NCBI GenBank assembly: GCA_964457875.1
Contig: CAYWGM010000003.1
Span: 1-54,925 of the forward strand
DNA: 54,925 nucleotides
From: an uncultured Eubacteriales bacterium
GTDB taxonomy: Bacteria; Bacillota; Clostridia; Acetivibrionales; CAYWGM01
Direction of reading: 5' to 3'
The position numbers and the translations under genes are program-made. A model generated the notes under the pieces. It saw only the letters and a list, made by a program, of their open reading frames with translations, made no database searches and was not told where the DNA came from. Numbering within the stretch: the stretch's first letter is position 1; every line of letters starts with the position of its first letter. Shown here in pieces: positions 8,480 through 18,846 of this stretch.

Positions 8480-9677
8480 AGCCTCTGTCTATATGACTGA
8501 TTTCATTAACCACCGTATCACCTTCGGCGCATGTTCCGGCAAGAACCAACGCAGCGCCTGAACGCAGGTCTTTGGCATTCACACAGGCGCCGGCAAGCGA
8601 TTTAACGCCTTTTATCACAGCCACGCGCCCCTCGAGCGTGATATCCGCATTCATCTTCAAAAGCTCTTCCACATGCCGGTACCTGTTTTCAAACACTGTC
8701 TCGACGACAATACTCGTACCTCGCCCAATGGTGAGCAATGCGACCATTTGCGGCTGCATATCGGTCGGGAAACCGGGATAAGGCAACGTCCTGATGGTAT
8801 CGACCGGTTTTGGCCTACCGTTCATAATAATCCTTACAGTATCATGTCCAATGTCTATATCGCAGCCGGTATCCCTCAATATGGAGATCACTGAATGAAG
8901 ATGACCCGGTATGATGCCATTCAACCTTACATCTCCTTCATTCATCGCCGCGGCGATCATATAAGTCCCGGCGACTATCCTGTCGGGCATTATCCTGTGC
9001 TCCGCAGCGGAAAGCCTTTTTACGCCTTTCACCTGAACCACGCCTGTTCCGGCACCCGATACTTTTACCCCCATACTTACAAGATAATTCTGTAGATCGG
9101 TTATTTCAGGTTCTTTTGCCGCATTTCTAATATAGGTTTCGCCTTCCGCAAACACAGAAGCAAGTATTGCATTTTCTGTCGCTCCTACGCTCGGATAATC
9201 CAAATGGATGTCGCATCCCACCAATTTCTCTATCTCACACGAAATCAAACCTTTATGTATTTCATCAATTCGCGCCCCCAGTTTCTTCAATGCCTTCAAA
9301 TGTAGATCTATAGGCCGGGGACCAATTTCACAGCCGCCGGGATAACTCAGGATGACTTTGCCGCATCTGGCAAGCAGAGGGCCCATGAATACTATCGAAG
9401 ACCTCATTTCGGATGCGATGTCTTCAGGTACGACCCAATTAACCAATGCTGATGAATCTACAGTAATTACATCTTCATCAATTACAACTCTGCAGCCCAG
9501 CCTGCGCAGTATTCTCACCATGGCGTCCACGTCTTTTAGTTTGGGACAGTTTTTTATCACACTGATCCCAGAATTGAGGACTGAAGCTGCAAGAATCGGT
9601 AGTACAGCATTCTTTGAACCTTCTATTTCTATTTCACCCTTAAGCCTGCGACCTCCCTTTATTTCCAATCTGCTCAT
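8397..9677 (-). CDS. murA: UDP-N-acetylglucosamine 1-carboxyvinyltransferase MurA
   Basis: MSRLEIKGGRRLKGEIEIEGSKNAVLPILAAS. Start moved to the ATG at 9677, which has GAGGTG 5 nt upstream. The ORF track extends 12 codons further. Confidence 0.93.
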   Translation of the reverse strand: MSRLEIKGGRRLKGEIEIEGSKNAVLPILAASVLNSGISVIKNCPKLKDVDAMVRILRRLGCRVVIDEDVITVDSSALVNWVVPEDIASEMRSSIVFMGPLLARCGKVILSYPGGCEIGPRPIDLHLKALKKLGARIDEIHKGLISCEIEKLVGCDIHLDYPSVGATENAILASVFAEGETYIRNAAKEPEITDLQNYLVSMGVKVSGAGTGVVQVKGVKRLSAAEHRIMPDRIVAGTYMIAAAMNEGDVRLNGIIPGHLHSVISILRDTGCDIDIGHDTVRIIMNGRPKPVDTIRTLPYPGFPTDMQPQMVALLTIGRGTSIVVETVFENRYRHVEELLKMNADITLEGRVAVIKGVKSLAGACVNAKDLRSGAALVLAGTCAEGDTVVNEISHIDRGYEEIEKKLNILGADIRREEKDLQKDQE

Positions 9678-9734
9678 AGTAACACCTCGCACCAATTCTA
9701 TTGTATGCGGCACGAATAAAAGTGTTACCCGATG

Positions 9735-10844
9735 CTAATTTGAGGGCTTTCCGGCAATTAAGCCTTCAATCAGCGCATATATCTTTTCGGGAGCGTCAAT
9801 CACTCCCAGGTTCTTCGAATTCATAGACATATCGGAAAGTCGCGCACTATCGAAAAAAAGCGACTTGATATTTTTAAAAAGCAAATTCCCGTTCAGGTCT
9901 TTCTCAAGTATTACTTGGGCAGCTCCGTGCTTTTCCAGTATTCTCGCATTGTATTCCTGATGGTTGGCAGTGACATATGGAGAAGGGATCATGATCGAAG
10001 GCAGCCCCAGCGCTGTCAGCTCACTGCATGTAATTGCCCCCGCCCTTGAAACGACCAGGTCAGCGGCCGGATACACAATATCTGCGTTATATATGTAAGG
10101 AATAACATTGACATCAGGATCCGACCAGCCGTCAAGCATTTCTATCACATCATCGTACTGATCCTCGCCCGTCGCAAAAAAGAGTTTGAAATCGCCTCTT
10201 CTATAATATTCACGCAGCATTGTTACAACTGAACGATTGATATTCAGAGCGCCTCTGCTGCCGCCGAAAATAACCACAACCTTGCTCTCTTCCGGTATTC
10301 CCAGTTTTTTTCTTGCAGTTGGCTTATCTGTATCAAGCAGTCCCATTCTCACAGGATTGCCTGTAAGAACTATTTTTTCGTGATTTTTAAAGAGTTTTTG
10401 TGATTCAGGATAGCTGATGGCAATCCTGGTGACGAACCTGCCCAATATCCTGTTTGTTAATCCGGGCAATACATTTTGCTCATGGATGATCGTAGGTATG
10501 CCCATTAAAAAAGCGCACATTATAACGGGGCCGCAAACATAACCGCCTGTACCGATTACTGCGTCGGGCCCGTATTTTTTAAGTTCCCTGTATGCTTTTA
10601 TAAAACCCTTTATATTATCCTTAAGAGTAACAAAAACATCAAGGCTGAGCTTTCTTTTGAATCCGCGCGCATCGATAAGCAGCAGCCGGAATCCCTCTCT
10701 TGGGACCAACCTGGATTCAAGCCCTCTGGATGTGCCTGCAAACACGATTTCACAATCAGGTCGCTTTGCCCTGATGAATTTGGCTATGGAAAGACCGGGA
10801 TTTATGTGTCCTGCCGTACCTCCTCCGGTTATCAGTATTCTCAT
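9735..10844 (-). CDS. murG: undecaprenyldiphospho-muramoylpentapeptide beta-N-acetylglucosaminyltransferase MurG
   Basis: MRILITGGGTAGHINP motif. The ATG at 10844 is preceded by GAGAGGA. The ORF track starts 5 codons earlier. Confidence 0.93.
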   Translation of the reverse strand: MRILITGGGTAGHINPGLSIAKFIRAKRPDCEIVFAGTSRGLESRLVPREGFRLLLIDARGFKRKLSLDVFVTLKDNIKGFIKAYRELKKYGPDAVIGTGGYVCGPVIMCAFLMGIPTIIHEQNVLPGLTNRILGRFVTRIAISYPESQKLFKNHEKIVLTGNPVRMGLLDTDKPTARKKLGIPEESKVVVIFGGSRGALNINRSVVTMLREYYRRGDFKLFFATGEDQYDDVIEMLDGWSDPDVNVIPYIYNADIVYPAADLVVSRAGAITCSELTALGLPSIMIPSPYVTANHQEYNARILEKHGAAQVILEKDLNGNLLFKNIKSLFFDSARLSDMSMNSKNLGVIDAPEKIYALIEGLIAGKPSN

Positions 10845-10845
10845 A

Positions 10846-11955
10846 TCATATCCTCTCATAACTCGATTGTCTGGAGATATTAAGCAATATCCCCGCTTCC
10901 GCGAGGAATAAAATCAATGAAGTGCCTCCATAACTGAAGAATGGCAGCGAAACGCCTGTCGGGGGCATTGAGGATGTGACTACCGCTACATTCATCAAAA
11001 CCTGTACCGATATAAGCGAAGTTATTCCGATTGCCATTAGGCTTCCAAGCAGACTGGAAGAGTTTATACCGACCTTTATACCACGCCATATGAAAATAAG
11101 AAAAAGCGTTAATACGGCAAATACCCCTATGAAGCCAAGTTCCTCGGCCAATACCGAAAAGATAAAGTCATTATGCGGGTACGGCAGGTAAAGGAATTTC
11201 TGCATGCTCCTACCGAGCCCACGGCCAAAAAGCCCGCCTGAACCTATTGCATATAGCGACTGGACAGCCTGATAACCATCGCCTTGTAAATCATTCCATG
11301 GATTGAGAAAAGACAGGACTCTCGCCCTCATATATGGTTCGAATGCAATGATCGCTGCGAGGGCGATAGCCGCAGGTATCCCCGGTATTAAAAAGTGTCT
11401 TGCCTTTGCTCCGGCAACAAGCAAAATGATGATACAGACAGTCAACATTATCAAAGTGCAGCTCATGTGGGGCTCAAGTACCAGCAAAACCGTGAAGACA
11501 GCCATCAGGAACAGATACGGCAGCAAACCCCTGAAGAAGAAACCTATCCGTTCTTTGCGTTTGGTTAGGCTTGACGCGAAGAATATGATTATGGACAACT
11601 TTGCCACCTCAGAAGGCTGAAAGTGGAACGGTCCGAGATAAATCCACCTGTATGCGCCGTTTTCTTCATGCCCTATGCCTGGAATCAACACAACAATCAG
11701 CAAAAAAAGGCTGATTGCCAATAAGGCTGGCGCAAATCTGGCAATGATCTTAAAGTCAGTGTTAATCGCAGCTATCATGACCACTATGCCGAGGGCGGCA
11801 TACAAAAGCTGGCTTTTCAAGATGTAATAGACGTCTTTATAGGTGCTGTAGGCAAACGGCGCACTTGCGCTGAATACCATGATTATTCCCAATGCAGTGA
11901 GAATCAGTACTATGATGAATATCCAAAAATCAAATGGTTTTCTCGATTTAGGCAT
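10846..11955 (-). CDS. ftsW: SEDS family peptidoglycan glycosyltransferase FtsW/SpoVE
   Basis: 10-TM SEDS protein with conserved LPFFSYGGTSL near the C-terminus. Position between mraY and murG. Confidence 0.9.
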   Translation of the reverse strand: MPKSRKPFDFWIFIIVLILTALGIIMVFSASAPFAYSTYKDVYYILKSQLLYAALGIVVMIAAINTDFKIIARFAPALLAISLFLLIVVLIPGIGHEENGAYRWIYLGPFHFQPSEVAKLSIIIFFASSLTKRKERIGFFFRGLLPYLFLMAVFTVLLVLEPHMSCTLIMLTVCIIILLVAGAKARHFLIPGIPAAIALAAIIAFEPYMRARVLSFLNPWNDLQGDGYQAVQSLYAIGSGGLFGRGLGRSMQKFLYLPYPHNDFIFSVLAEELGFIGVFAVLTLFLIFIWRGIKVGINSSSLLGSLMAIGITSLISVQVLMNVAVVTSSMPPTGVSLPFFSYGGTSLILFLAEAGILLNISRQSSYERI

Positions 11956-11989
11956 GAATCAACTCACTCTTTCGCTATGTATTCTATAG

Positions 11990-12973
11990 TTATTTCAAAT
12001 TAACCGTAAAAAATCCAAATATGCAGAAAATTATAGTAATAACGGTAAAAACCATGACCACCTTTCTTTCCGACCAGCCGGACAATTCAAAATGATGGTG
12101 CAGAGGCGCCATTTTGAATACGCGTTTGCCTGTCGTCTTGAAAGATATGACCTGGACAATAACAGAAAGTGTCTCTATAACATATACTATCCCCACTATG
12201 AGTATTATCCACGGTATCCCCATTACTACCGATATTGCAGCGACAGCGCCTCCAAGAGCCAGGGAACCGGTGTCCCCCATTATCACTTTCGCGGGATATG
12301 AATTAAAAATCAAAAATCCAAGACAGCCTCCTGCCAGCAAAGACGAAAAAACCCTTATATATTCCCAATCGCTCTGCATACCGGCCAATATCGCGAAAAA
12401 GACCGTAATGACAAGCGTGACACTCGAAGCAAGTCCATCCAGCCCATCGGTGAGGTTCACGCCATTAGTGGTGGATAAGAACACAAAAACAATGAAGGGA
12501 ATAAATAGTATGACCGGCAATTGAATGTCCTGGGATGGGTTTACAAAAGGAATGGTCATGGAAGTCCCTGCATTTGTGAAAACGGCAATATAAAATGTGA
12601 AGGCTGCTGCGATAACAAGGAGAGCCAGCAGTTTCTGCTTTGGTTTCAGCCCGTCCTTGCTCCTCCTGCTTATTTTTATATAGTCATCGGCAAAACCCAC
12701 AAACCCAAACCCTGCGGTAACCAGCATCAGTGCGATTATTTCAGGATATCGGGCGCTGAAGATGATTGAAAGCACTACGACAGGAACCATAAAAATGAGA
12801 CCGCCAATCGTGGGAACTCCTGTCTTTTTAAGATGAGTGGCCGGCCCGTCGTCACGTATCGTTTGTCTCGCTCTTAACTTTTTTAGGGCAGGTATCAGTG
12901 CAATTCCTGATAATGCCGAAGCAATGAATGCAAATAAAAAAGCCGATATCTGAACCGAAAATGAAAATTTCAA
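11990..12973 (-). CDS. mraY: phospho-N-acetylmuramoyl-pentapeptide-transferase MraY
   Basis: NGVNLTDGLDGLAS and MGDTGSLALGG motifs. The TTG start overlaps the murF stop (AGTTGA). Confidence 0.96.
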   Translation of the reverse strand: MKFSFSVQISAFLFAFIASALSGIALIPALKKLRARQTIRDDGPATHLKKTGVPTIGGLIFMVPVVVLSIIFSARYPEIIALMLVTAGFGFVGFADDYIKISRRSKDGLKPKQKLLALLVIAAAFTFYIAVFTNAGTSMTIPFVNPSQDIQLPVILFIPFIVFVFLSTTNGVNLTDGLDGLASSVTLVITVFFAILAGMQSDWEYIRVFSSLLAGGCLGFLIFNSYPAKVIMGDTGSLALGGAVAAISVVMGIPWIILIVGIVYVIETLSVIVQVISFKTTGKRVFKMAPLHHHFELSGWSERKVVMVFTVITIIFCIFGFFTVNLK

Positions 12974-14376
12974 CTGTCAGTGCCCCCCGTTCTTTTATCC
13001 GACTCAGCAAGAAAAGCTACTACTTCTTCCATTCTGGCGCCTCTTGACCCTTTAACAAGGATTATATCATCATCCTTTATTAAATTAAGCAGAAACGCCG
13101 CAGCCTCTCTCTTGCCATTAAAATGAAACACCTTGTCGGCCGGCATGCCTGATTCGACCGCGCCTTCAGAAATATACCCGGAGTTTCCCCCGGCAGTAAT
13201 CAGGATATCCATCCCCGCGGCGGCAGCTGACTTTCCAACATCTTTATGTGCATCGTAAGCCCATTCTCCCATTTCAAGCATTTCACCTAAAACCGCAATC
13301 TTTCGTGAGCCTCTCATTGCAGAAAGCACATCCATCGCTGCCTTCATAGATTGCGGACTGGCATTGTAAGTATCGTCGATTATCTTAAAGCGCACTTTAT
13401 CAATAATATTTAACCGCATCTTACCAGGCATATATCTGCTGAGGCCCGAAGCAATTTCTTCTGCTGAAAACCCTTCTTCCATTGCGACCGCAACCGCAGC
13501 CAAAGCATTATACACATTATGGAGCCCGGGCTGGTTTATATAAAACTCATCACTGCCCTTGCCGCCGCATTCCACGTCAAAGACCATGCCGCCTTTTTCG
13601 GGTCTTATATTGGCCGCTCTGTATTCAAGCCCTTCTCCCGTTCCAAAGAAAGCCATCTTCCGCCCTTTGGGGCATTTCACGTTTAAAAGCATAGGATCGT
13701 CGCCATTGAGCAATAACAGAGTCGCATCGCCCATACCGTACGTTATTTCAAGTTTGGCTTCCAGTATATTCCGCATTGAACCGAGCTTTTCAATATGGGA
13801 TATCCCTATATTGGTAATAACGGCCACATCAGGTTTGGCGATCTCCGAAAGCCTCTGTATCTCACCTGCGCCGCTCATACCCATTTCTACGACCAATGCA
13901 TCATGTGTATCGTCTATATTTAAAACTGTTAATGGCAGTCCGATCTCGTTATTAAAATTGCCTTCTGATTTCAATACTCTATACCGGCTGGCCAGAATCG
14001 ATGCAATGAAGTCCTTTGTCGTGGTCTTGCCTACGCTTCCGGTCACCGCGGCGACACGCAAACGGTATCTTCTCCTGTGCCAGGCGGCAAGATCGCCCAA
14101 TGCTTTTGTCGTATCACCGACCCTGATTACCGCGCCTGATCCGGATATTGCAGAAAACATCCCGTCATCCGCCCGGGAAACCAGAACGCCTGCTGCGCCG
14201 CTTCCGGCAGCATTGCCGATATAATCGTGGCCGTCGAATCTATCTCCTTTGAGCGCAATAAAAAGATTACCCGGCTTTATTGTCCGAGTATCTGTCGATA
14301 CACCGGAAAATCCGATATCAGGATTGCCGGAGATTAATATGCCGCCGGTTGCCGCACATATATCAGAAACGTTCAT
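12970..14376 (-). CDS. murF: UDP-N-acetylmuramoyl-tripeptide--D-alanyl-D-alanine ligase MurF
   Basis: Mur ligase P-loop AVTGSVGKTTTK. 468 aa. ATGA overlap with murE. Confidence 0.93.
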   Translation of the reverse strand: MNVSDICAATGGILISGNPDIGFSGVSTDTRTIKPGNLFIALKGDRFDGHDYIGNAAGSGAAGVLVSRADDGMFSAISGSGAVIRVGDTTKALGDLAAWHRRRYRLRVAAVTGSVGKTTTKDFIASILASRYRVLKSEGNFNNEIGLPLTVLNIDDTHDALVVEMGMSGAGEIQRLSEIAKPDVAVITNIGISHIEKLGSMRNILEAKLEITYGMGDATLLLLNGDDPMLLNVKCPKGRKMAFFGTGEGLEYRAANIRPEKGGMVFDVECGGKGSDEFYINQPGLHNVYNALAAVAVAMEEGFSAEEIASGLSRYMPGKMRLNIIDKVRFKIIDDTYNASPQSMKAAMDVLSAMRGSRKIAVLGEMLEMGEWAYDAHKDVGKSAAAAGMDILITAGGNSGYISEGAVESGMPADKVFHFNGKREAAAFLLNLIKDDDIILVKGSRGARMEEVVAFLAESDKRTGGTDS

Positions 14377-15839
14377 GCGCCTTTCCCTTTCCGCTCATTC
14401 AATATCTCCCGGGCGACTTCCCTGTCGTCAAAATGAATGGTGCTGTCTTTGAACTGCTGATAAGTCTCATGCCCCTTGCCCGCAATCACTATGGTATCGC
14501 CCGGCATCGCGTTCATTATAGCGAACCTGATCGCCTCTTTCCTGTCGACGATGGCAACATATTTGCCACCTGATTCTTTCACGCCTTCTTCTATCTGCCT
14601 TACAATATCTTCCGGTATCTCGGTCCTTGGATTATCGGAAGTGATAACCGTAAAATCAGATATGGCCCCGGATATCCCTCCCATTATCGGTCGTTTTGCC
14701 TTGTCTCTGTCCCCTCCGCAGCCGAAGACACAAACAAGCCTTTTCATAGTGTTTTCTTTCACTGTCGAAAGTATATTCTGAAGACTATCAGGGGTGTGAG
14801 CATAATCGACAATCACGGTCAGCTCCGGATCTGACTCCACCACTTCCACACGTCCGCTTACACGGATTTCTTTGATGCCCTCACGTATGAAATTCAACGG
14901 CACTCCGCATATACCCGCAGCCCCAGCCGCAGCAAGTGCATTATAGACGCTGAATGTGCCGGGTATACCGGCGGATAGCCTTCCCGCCCACCAGGGCGAG
15001 GCAATGTCAAACTCGACTGATCCGGGCCTCTTGATAATATTATCCGCTTTAATGTCAGCCTTGTATTCTATACCGTATTTCAATACTTGTGGGCATTTTA
15101 TACTTGAAAGCGCCTTGCGTCCAAATTCATTATCGGCATTGACAAGTCCGAAGCGACACTTTTCGAAGAGCTTGAGTTTTGCATTAAAATAATCATCCAT
15201 CGATTTATGTTCCATTGGCCCTATATGATCTCTGGACAGATTCGTAAAAACCCCTGTATGATATTCACAGCCATCCACTCTATGAAGGGCAAGACCCTGT
15301 GAAGACACCTCCATCACAACACTATCCGCGCCTTTTTCCACCATCAGCGCGAGCAGGGACTGCAGATCATATGACTCGGGCGTCGTCCTCTCAGCATATA
15401 ACACATCGCTGCCGATCATATTCTGATTAGTACCGATAAGGCCTACCTTTTCGCCTGCAGCTTCGAGGATGGACTTGATCATGTACGTCACCGTCGTTTT
15501 TCCTTTTGTGCCGGTAATGCCTATCAGCTTTATCTTCCCTGAAGGGTGAGAGAAAAAGGTGTCGGAAATCGCTGCAAGGTTGCTGCGCCCGTCTGCGCTG
15601 ATGATCAGCGTAATATCCCCGGGCAGTTCGACAGGTCTCGCTGCTACTACGGCCGCCGCGCCGTTACGGATCGCGTCTTCGATGAAATCATGCCCGTCCT
15701 GTTTCGTACCCTCTATACATACGAATACCGAACCTTTCCTGACTTTCCTCGAATCATACGCAATATCTTTTATATCGATATCGAGGCAACCTTTTACTTC
15801 CGACGGCGTGAGATTTTCAACCAGTTTCTTCAGGATCAT
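14373..15839 (-). CDS. murE: UDP-N-acetylmuramoyl-L-alanyl-D-glutamate--2,6-diaminopimelate ligase MurE
   Basis: GITGTKGKTT P-loop and the DNPR motif (TSDNPRTE) typical of meso-DAP-adding MurE. I prefer the ATG at 15839 (AAGGTGG upstream). The ORF-track TTG at 15863 has no SD. Confidence 0.92.
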   Translation of the reverse strand: MILKKLVENLTPSEVKGCLDIDIKDIAYDSRKVRKGSVFVCIEGTKQDGHDFIEDAIRNGAAAVVAARPVELPGDITLIISADGRSNLAAISDTFFSHPSGKIKLIGITGTKGKTTVTYMIKSILEAAGEKVGLIGTNQNMIGSDVLYAERTTPESYDLQSLLALMVEKGADSVVMEVSSQGLALHRVDGCEYHTGVFTNLSRDHIGPMEHKSMDDYFNAKLKLFEKCRFGLVNADNEFGRKALSSIKCPQVLKYGIEYKADIKADNIIKRPGSVEFDIASPWWAGRLSAGIPGTFSVYNALAAAGAAGICGVPLNFIREGIKEIRVSGRVEVVESDPELTVIVDYAHTPDSLQNILSTVKENTMKRLVCVFGCGGDRDKAKRPIMGGISGAISDFTVITSDNPRTEIPEDIVRQIEEGVKESGGKYVAIVDRKEAIRFAIMNAMPGDTIVIAGKGHETYQQFKDSTIHFDDREVAREILNERKGKGA

Positions 15840-15879
15840 TTCAACAGATACCACCTTGTGCAATTTAGTAGTGCTTTTT

Positions 15880-18054
15880 CTATTCTACATTATCAAGATA
15901 CTTGAATTCAACTTCGATCACACTGCCTTTACCGACCATCGTGCCGGGCATGATCTCCTGTTTTACCGCCGTACCCATGCCTGTTATCTTAATATTCAAT
16001 CCGCACTTCGAGAATGCGGCTACCGCCTCATCAACAGTCTTGTTGAGAACATCAGGCACTCTGACTTTGAGCTCCTGAGCGGGTTTATATGTATACAGGA
16101 TCACTATGGATTTATCATGCACTTTTGCACCCGGTTTGGGCGTCTGTTCAATAATCATATCGCTATTGGCGTTTCCGGAATTTTCGATTATATATTTAAG
16201 ACCTTTCTCCTTAAGTATTTTGACCGCTTCATCAGTTTTAAGATTTCTGACTTCAGGCACTTCGACAGTGGAAAGCATCATGCGATTATCTTCTTCGGAA
16301 TATTTCCTTTCAACGCCGAGATAAGCAAGCGTCTCCTCAACAAGTTGACCGGCGACAGGCGCTGCGATCACGCCTCCCATATAAGAATCGCCTTTGGGAT
16401 TATCGAGCACGACAATGGCGCATATGGAAGGATTATCGGCAGGAGCAACCGCTACGAATGACGCTATGTAGTGGCCTTGTTCGGTAGTCTGCGACGTTCC
16501 TGTCTTTCCTGCGACACGATATCCTTTGACGTAAGCATTTCTGCCTGTTCCGTTGGCGACAACCCCCTCCAGTATCTGCATCAATGTAGCTGATGTATTT
16601 TGAGAAATCACGTTTCTTATTACCTCGGGTTCAAACCTCTTTACAATATTGCCGTTATTATCGGTCAATTCCTTGACCAATCTGGGTTTCATAAGATTGC
16701 CGCCGTTTGCCACGGCTGTATATGCAGTAACAAGCTGGATGGGCGTAATAGTGAATCTCTGTCCGAATGATGCGGCCGCCATATCGACCTCCGACGGCTT
16801 CGCATGGAATATTCCATTGACTTCGCCCGGAAGACCTATCCCTGTTAAATCATAAAACCCAAACGCACGGACATAACTATAAAACCTTTCAATTCCAAGG
16901 CTCTGTGCGATCCTGACAAAAACCGGATTGCACGAATTGTAAACGCCTTCTTTAAAAGTCTCGGAACCGTGCGGTTTGTAATTCCTCCAGCAATTGAACG
17001 TCCATTTGCCTATTTTCACCGGAAAATCGTTCACCGGTGTTTCAGGATTTACGACATTTTCCTCAAGCCCGGCTGCTGATGTTATCGCTTTGAATGTCGA
17101 CCCTGGTTCATATGTATCGGTAACTGCCTTATTGCGCCAAACCGTCTCCTGGAGCAACTTCACTTCATCATTGGTCGTTCCTTTCCAACTCTTCGGATCC
17201 ACTCCCGGAGGTGCTGCCCACGGTGAGTTCAGATCAAAATCAGGTTTGGAGACCAATGCAAGTATGTCTCCGTTCCTTGGATCCATAACGATTGCAACGG
17301 CGCCGTTCTGGACCTTATAATCGGCTATGGCCCTTTCAAGCGCCTTCTGGGCCAGCCACTGCACTGTTTCATCAATCGTGAGTACGACATTAAGACCATC
17401 CTGGGCCTCAATACGCTTTTCAACAGTAAACGGCACCTCCCTCCCGCTGCCATCTGTCTCACTCAGTATCCTTCCGGGAACGCCTTTGAGATATTGCTCC
17501 ATGCTTACTTCCACGCCATCAAGGCCCTGATTGTCATATCCGGTAAAACCGATGACATGAGCCGCAAGATTTCTTCCCGGGTAATATCTCTTTGTATCCT
17601 CATCCAGATATATACCTTTTATGCCATTGTCGGACACCCATTTTCTTATAGTGTCGCTTACATCCCTCTCGATCCTTTTTTTGATTATCTGATAACTTGA
17701 TTTGGCGGTTATCTTCGAATACACGTCTTCTTTATTAAGATTCAGCATTGCTGCGAGCCCCTCGGCTATCTCCTCCGGTGTTATGCCGGATTTTTCGATA
17801 TCTTTGGGATTGACTGTTACAGTATCAACCGAAGCGCTGACGGCAAGTTCCTTCCCGTTTGTGTCGAATATAGTGCCTCTTTTGGGGCTGATGATCCTGC
17901 CTCGGTTTTGCTGTTCATATGCCATATTTTGCAGCGATTGGCCTTTTACGATTTGAATGTAACCGGTTCTGAGAATCAATGATATGGTAATAATGGAAAA
18001 GATGACGAGTACGGTTAAAAGTCTTTTTTTAACTGAAAGTCCCGGACCAGCCAC
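15880..18054 (-). CDS. class B penicillin-binding protein (FtsI/PBP2B/SpoVD type) with two C-terminal PASTA domains
   Basis: SxxK (GSTFKAIT), SxN (YNSCNP) and KTG (GKTGTSQ) motifs plus two PASTA repeats. GTG at 18054 has GGAGG 6 nt upstream. The ORF-track TTG at 18081 is less likely. Confidence 0.9.
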   Translation of the reverse strand: MAGPGLSVKKRLLTVLVIFSIITISLILRTGYIQIVKGQSLQNMAYEQQNRGRIISPKRGTIFDTNGKELAVSASVDTVTVNPKDIEKSGITPEEIAEGLAAMLNLNKEDVYSKITAKSSYQIIKKRIERDVSDTIRKWVSDNGIKGIYLDEDTKRYYPGRNLAAHVIGFTGYDNQGLDGVEVSMEQYLKGVPGRILSETDGSGREVPFTVEKRIEAQDGLNVVLTIDETVQWLAQKALERAIADYKVQNGAVAIVMDPRNGDILALVSKPDFDLNSPWAAPPGVDPKSWKGTTNDEVKLLQETVWRNKAVTDTYEPGSTFKAITSAAGLEENVVNPETPVNDFPVKIGKWTFNCWRNYKPHGSETFKEGVYNSCNPVFVRIAQSLGIERFYSYVRAFGFYDLTGIGLPGEVNGIFHAKPSEVDMAAASFGQRFTITPIQLVTAYTAVANGGNLMKPRLVKELTDNNGNIVKRFEPEVIRNVISQNTSATLMQILEGVVANGTGRNAYVKGYRVAGKTGTSQTTEQGHYIASFVAVAPADNPSICAIVVLDNPKGDSYMGGVIAAPVAGQLVEETLAYLGVERKYSEEDNRMMLSTVEVPEVRNLKTDEAVKILKEKGLKYIIENSGNANSDMIIEQTPKPGAKVHDKSIVILYTYKPAQELKVRVPDVLNKTVDEAVAAFSKCGLNIKITGMGTAVKQEIMPGTMVGKGSVIEVEFKYLDNVE

Positions 18055-18100
18055 GTTTAGCCTCCATGCCTCCTTACACAAACAAACCTCAAGGAATCAC

Positions 18101-18592
18101 CTATGATATCAGCCCGAAGAACTTCACTATCTTGTCGAACACAACTGCAAAAAAACCATTTCCGCCGGTATTTTTGCTCTTGTATACATCCGATACCGAT
18201 GTCACGTCCTCTTTCGGAACATTTACATATACGATCTGGGCTCTGTCGGGCTTTTGCATCCCCAGCCGTCCTTCGGCAATCTCCCTGATCTTCTCCAGAT
18301 CGGTGGCCTTGCCGATTTCCACTTGCGCATGCATATTTGCAACCCTGATGTTTTCATACGTCTTCTCGAGCTTGATAATACGGTAATTAACATCCGTCAG
18401 CATCGTATATCTGTATATCAAAATAAATGCCAGTATGAAAAATACCACAGTGTACAAAACCAGTCTTGCTTTGGCCTTTTTTTTGATTTTATTGGCCTTC
18501 CGGGCTTTTAGAACGGGATTCGTCTCGTAGACGTCATATTTGAGTTTTTTTGGCGAAGTCCCGTAGATATAGCCGCTATCCGTCTGTTTCAA
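18101..18592 (-). CDS. ftsL: cell division protein FtsL-like (bitopic, coiled-coil)
   Basis: 163 aa. Basic N-terminus, a single TM (LVLYTVVFFILAFILIY), then a coiled-coil-like ectodomain. Position between rsmH and the PBP. TTG start with GAGGTGA upstream. Confidence 0.7.
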   Translation of the reverse strand: MKQTDSGYIYGTSPKKLKYDVYETNPVLKARKANKIKKKAKARLVLYTVVFFILAFILIYRYTMLTDVNYRIIKLEKTYENIRVANMHAQVEIGKATDLEKIREIAEGRLGMQKPDRAQIVYVNVPKEDVTSVSDVYKSKNTGGNGFFAVVFDKIVKFFGLIS

Positions 18593-18846
18593 TACTATTC
18601 ACCTCAACCTGATTTTATACCCTCTGTGGATAACAAATCCGGGAACCGGCTGCAAATAGCAGCTAATCAAGTAAAGTATCAACCGGCCCCGGTGTTATCG
18701 ATGCAAAACCCTCTTCCTTTGTAATTCCAAACCGCTTTTTCTTTTGTTTGTTAAAATCTTTTGTACTTTGAGTAAATCATTTGTACGTTCATAAGTTCTT
18801 TAGTATGGCTTGTTTATAATAATGTTTTCTTATGTATAAATTTATA

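Noticed and set aside
15559-16461. 300 aa plus-strand ORF across the murE start and the PBP end
   Set aside because: It is antisense to murE and the PBP, has no ribosome-binding site, and has no recognisable domain. It is a shadow ORF.
18593-18846. Small ORF, riboswitch or tRNA in the rsmH-ftsL spacer
   Set aside because: The longest gene-strand ORF is 13 codons (MNVQMIYSKYKRF) with no SD. I see no cloverleaf and no known riboswitch core. It is kept only as an unexplained structured spacer.
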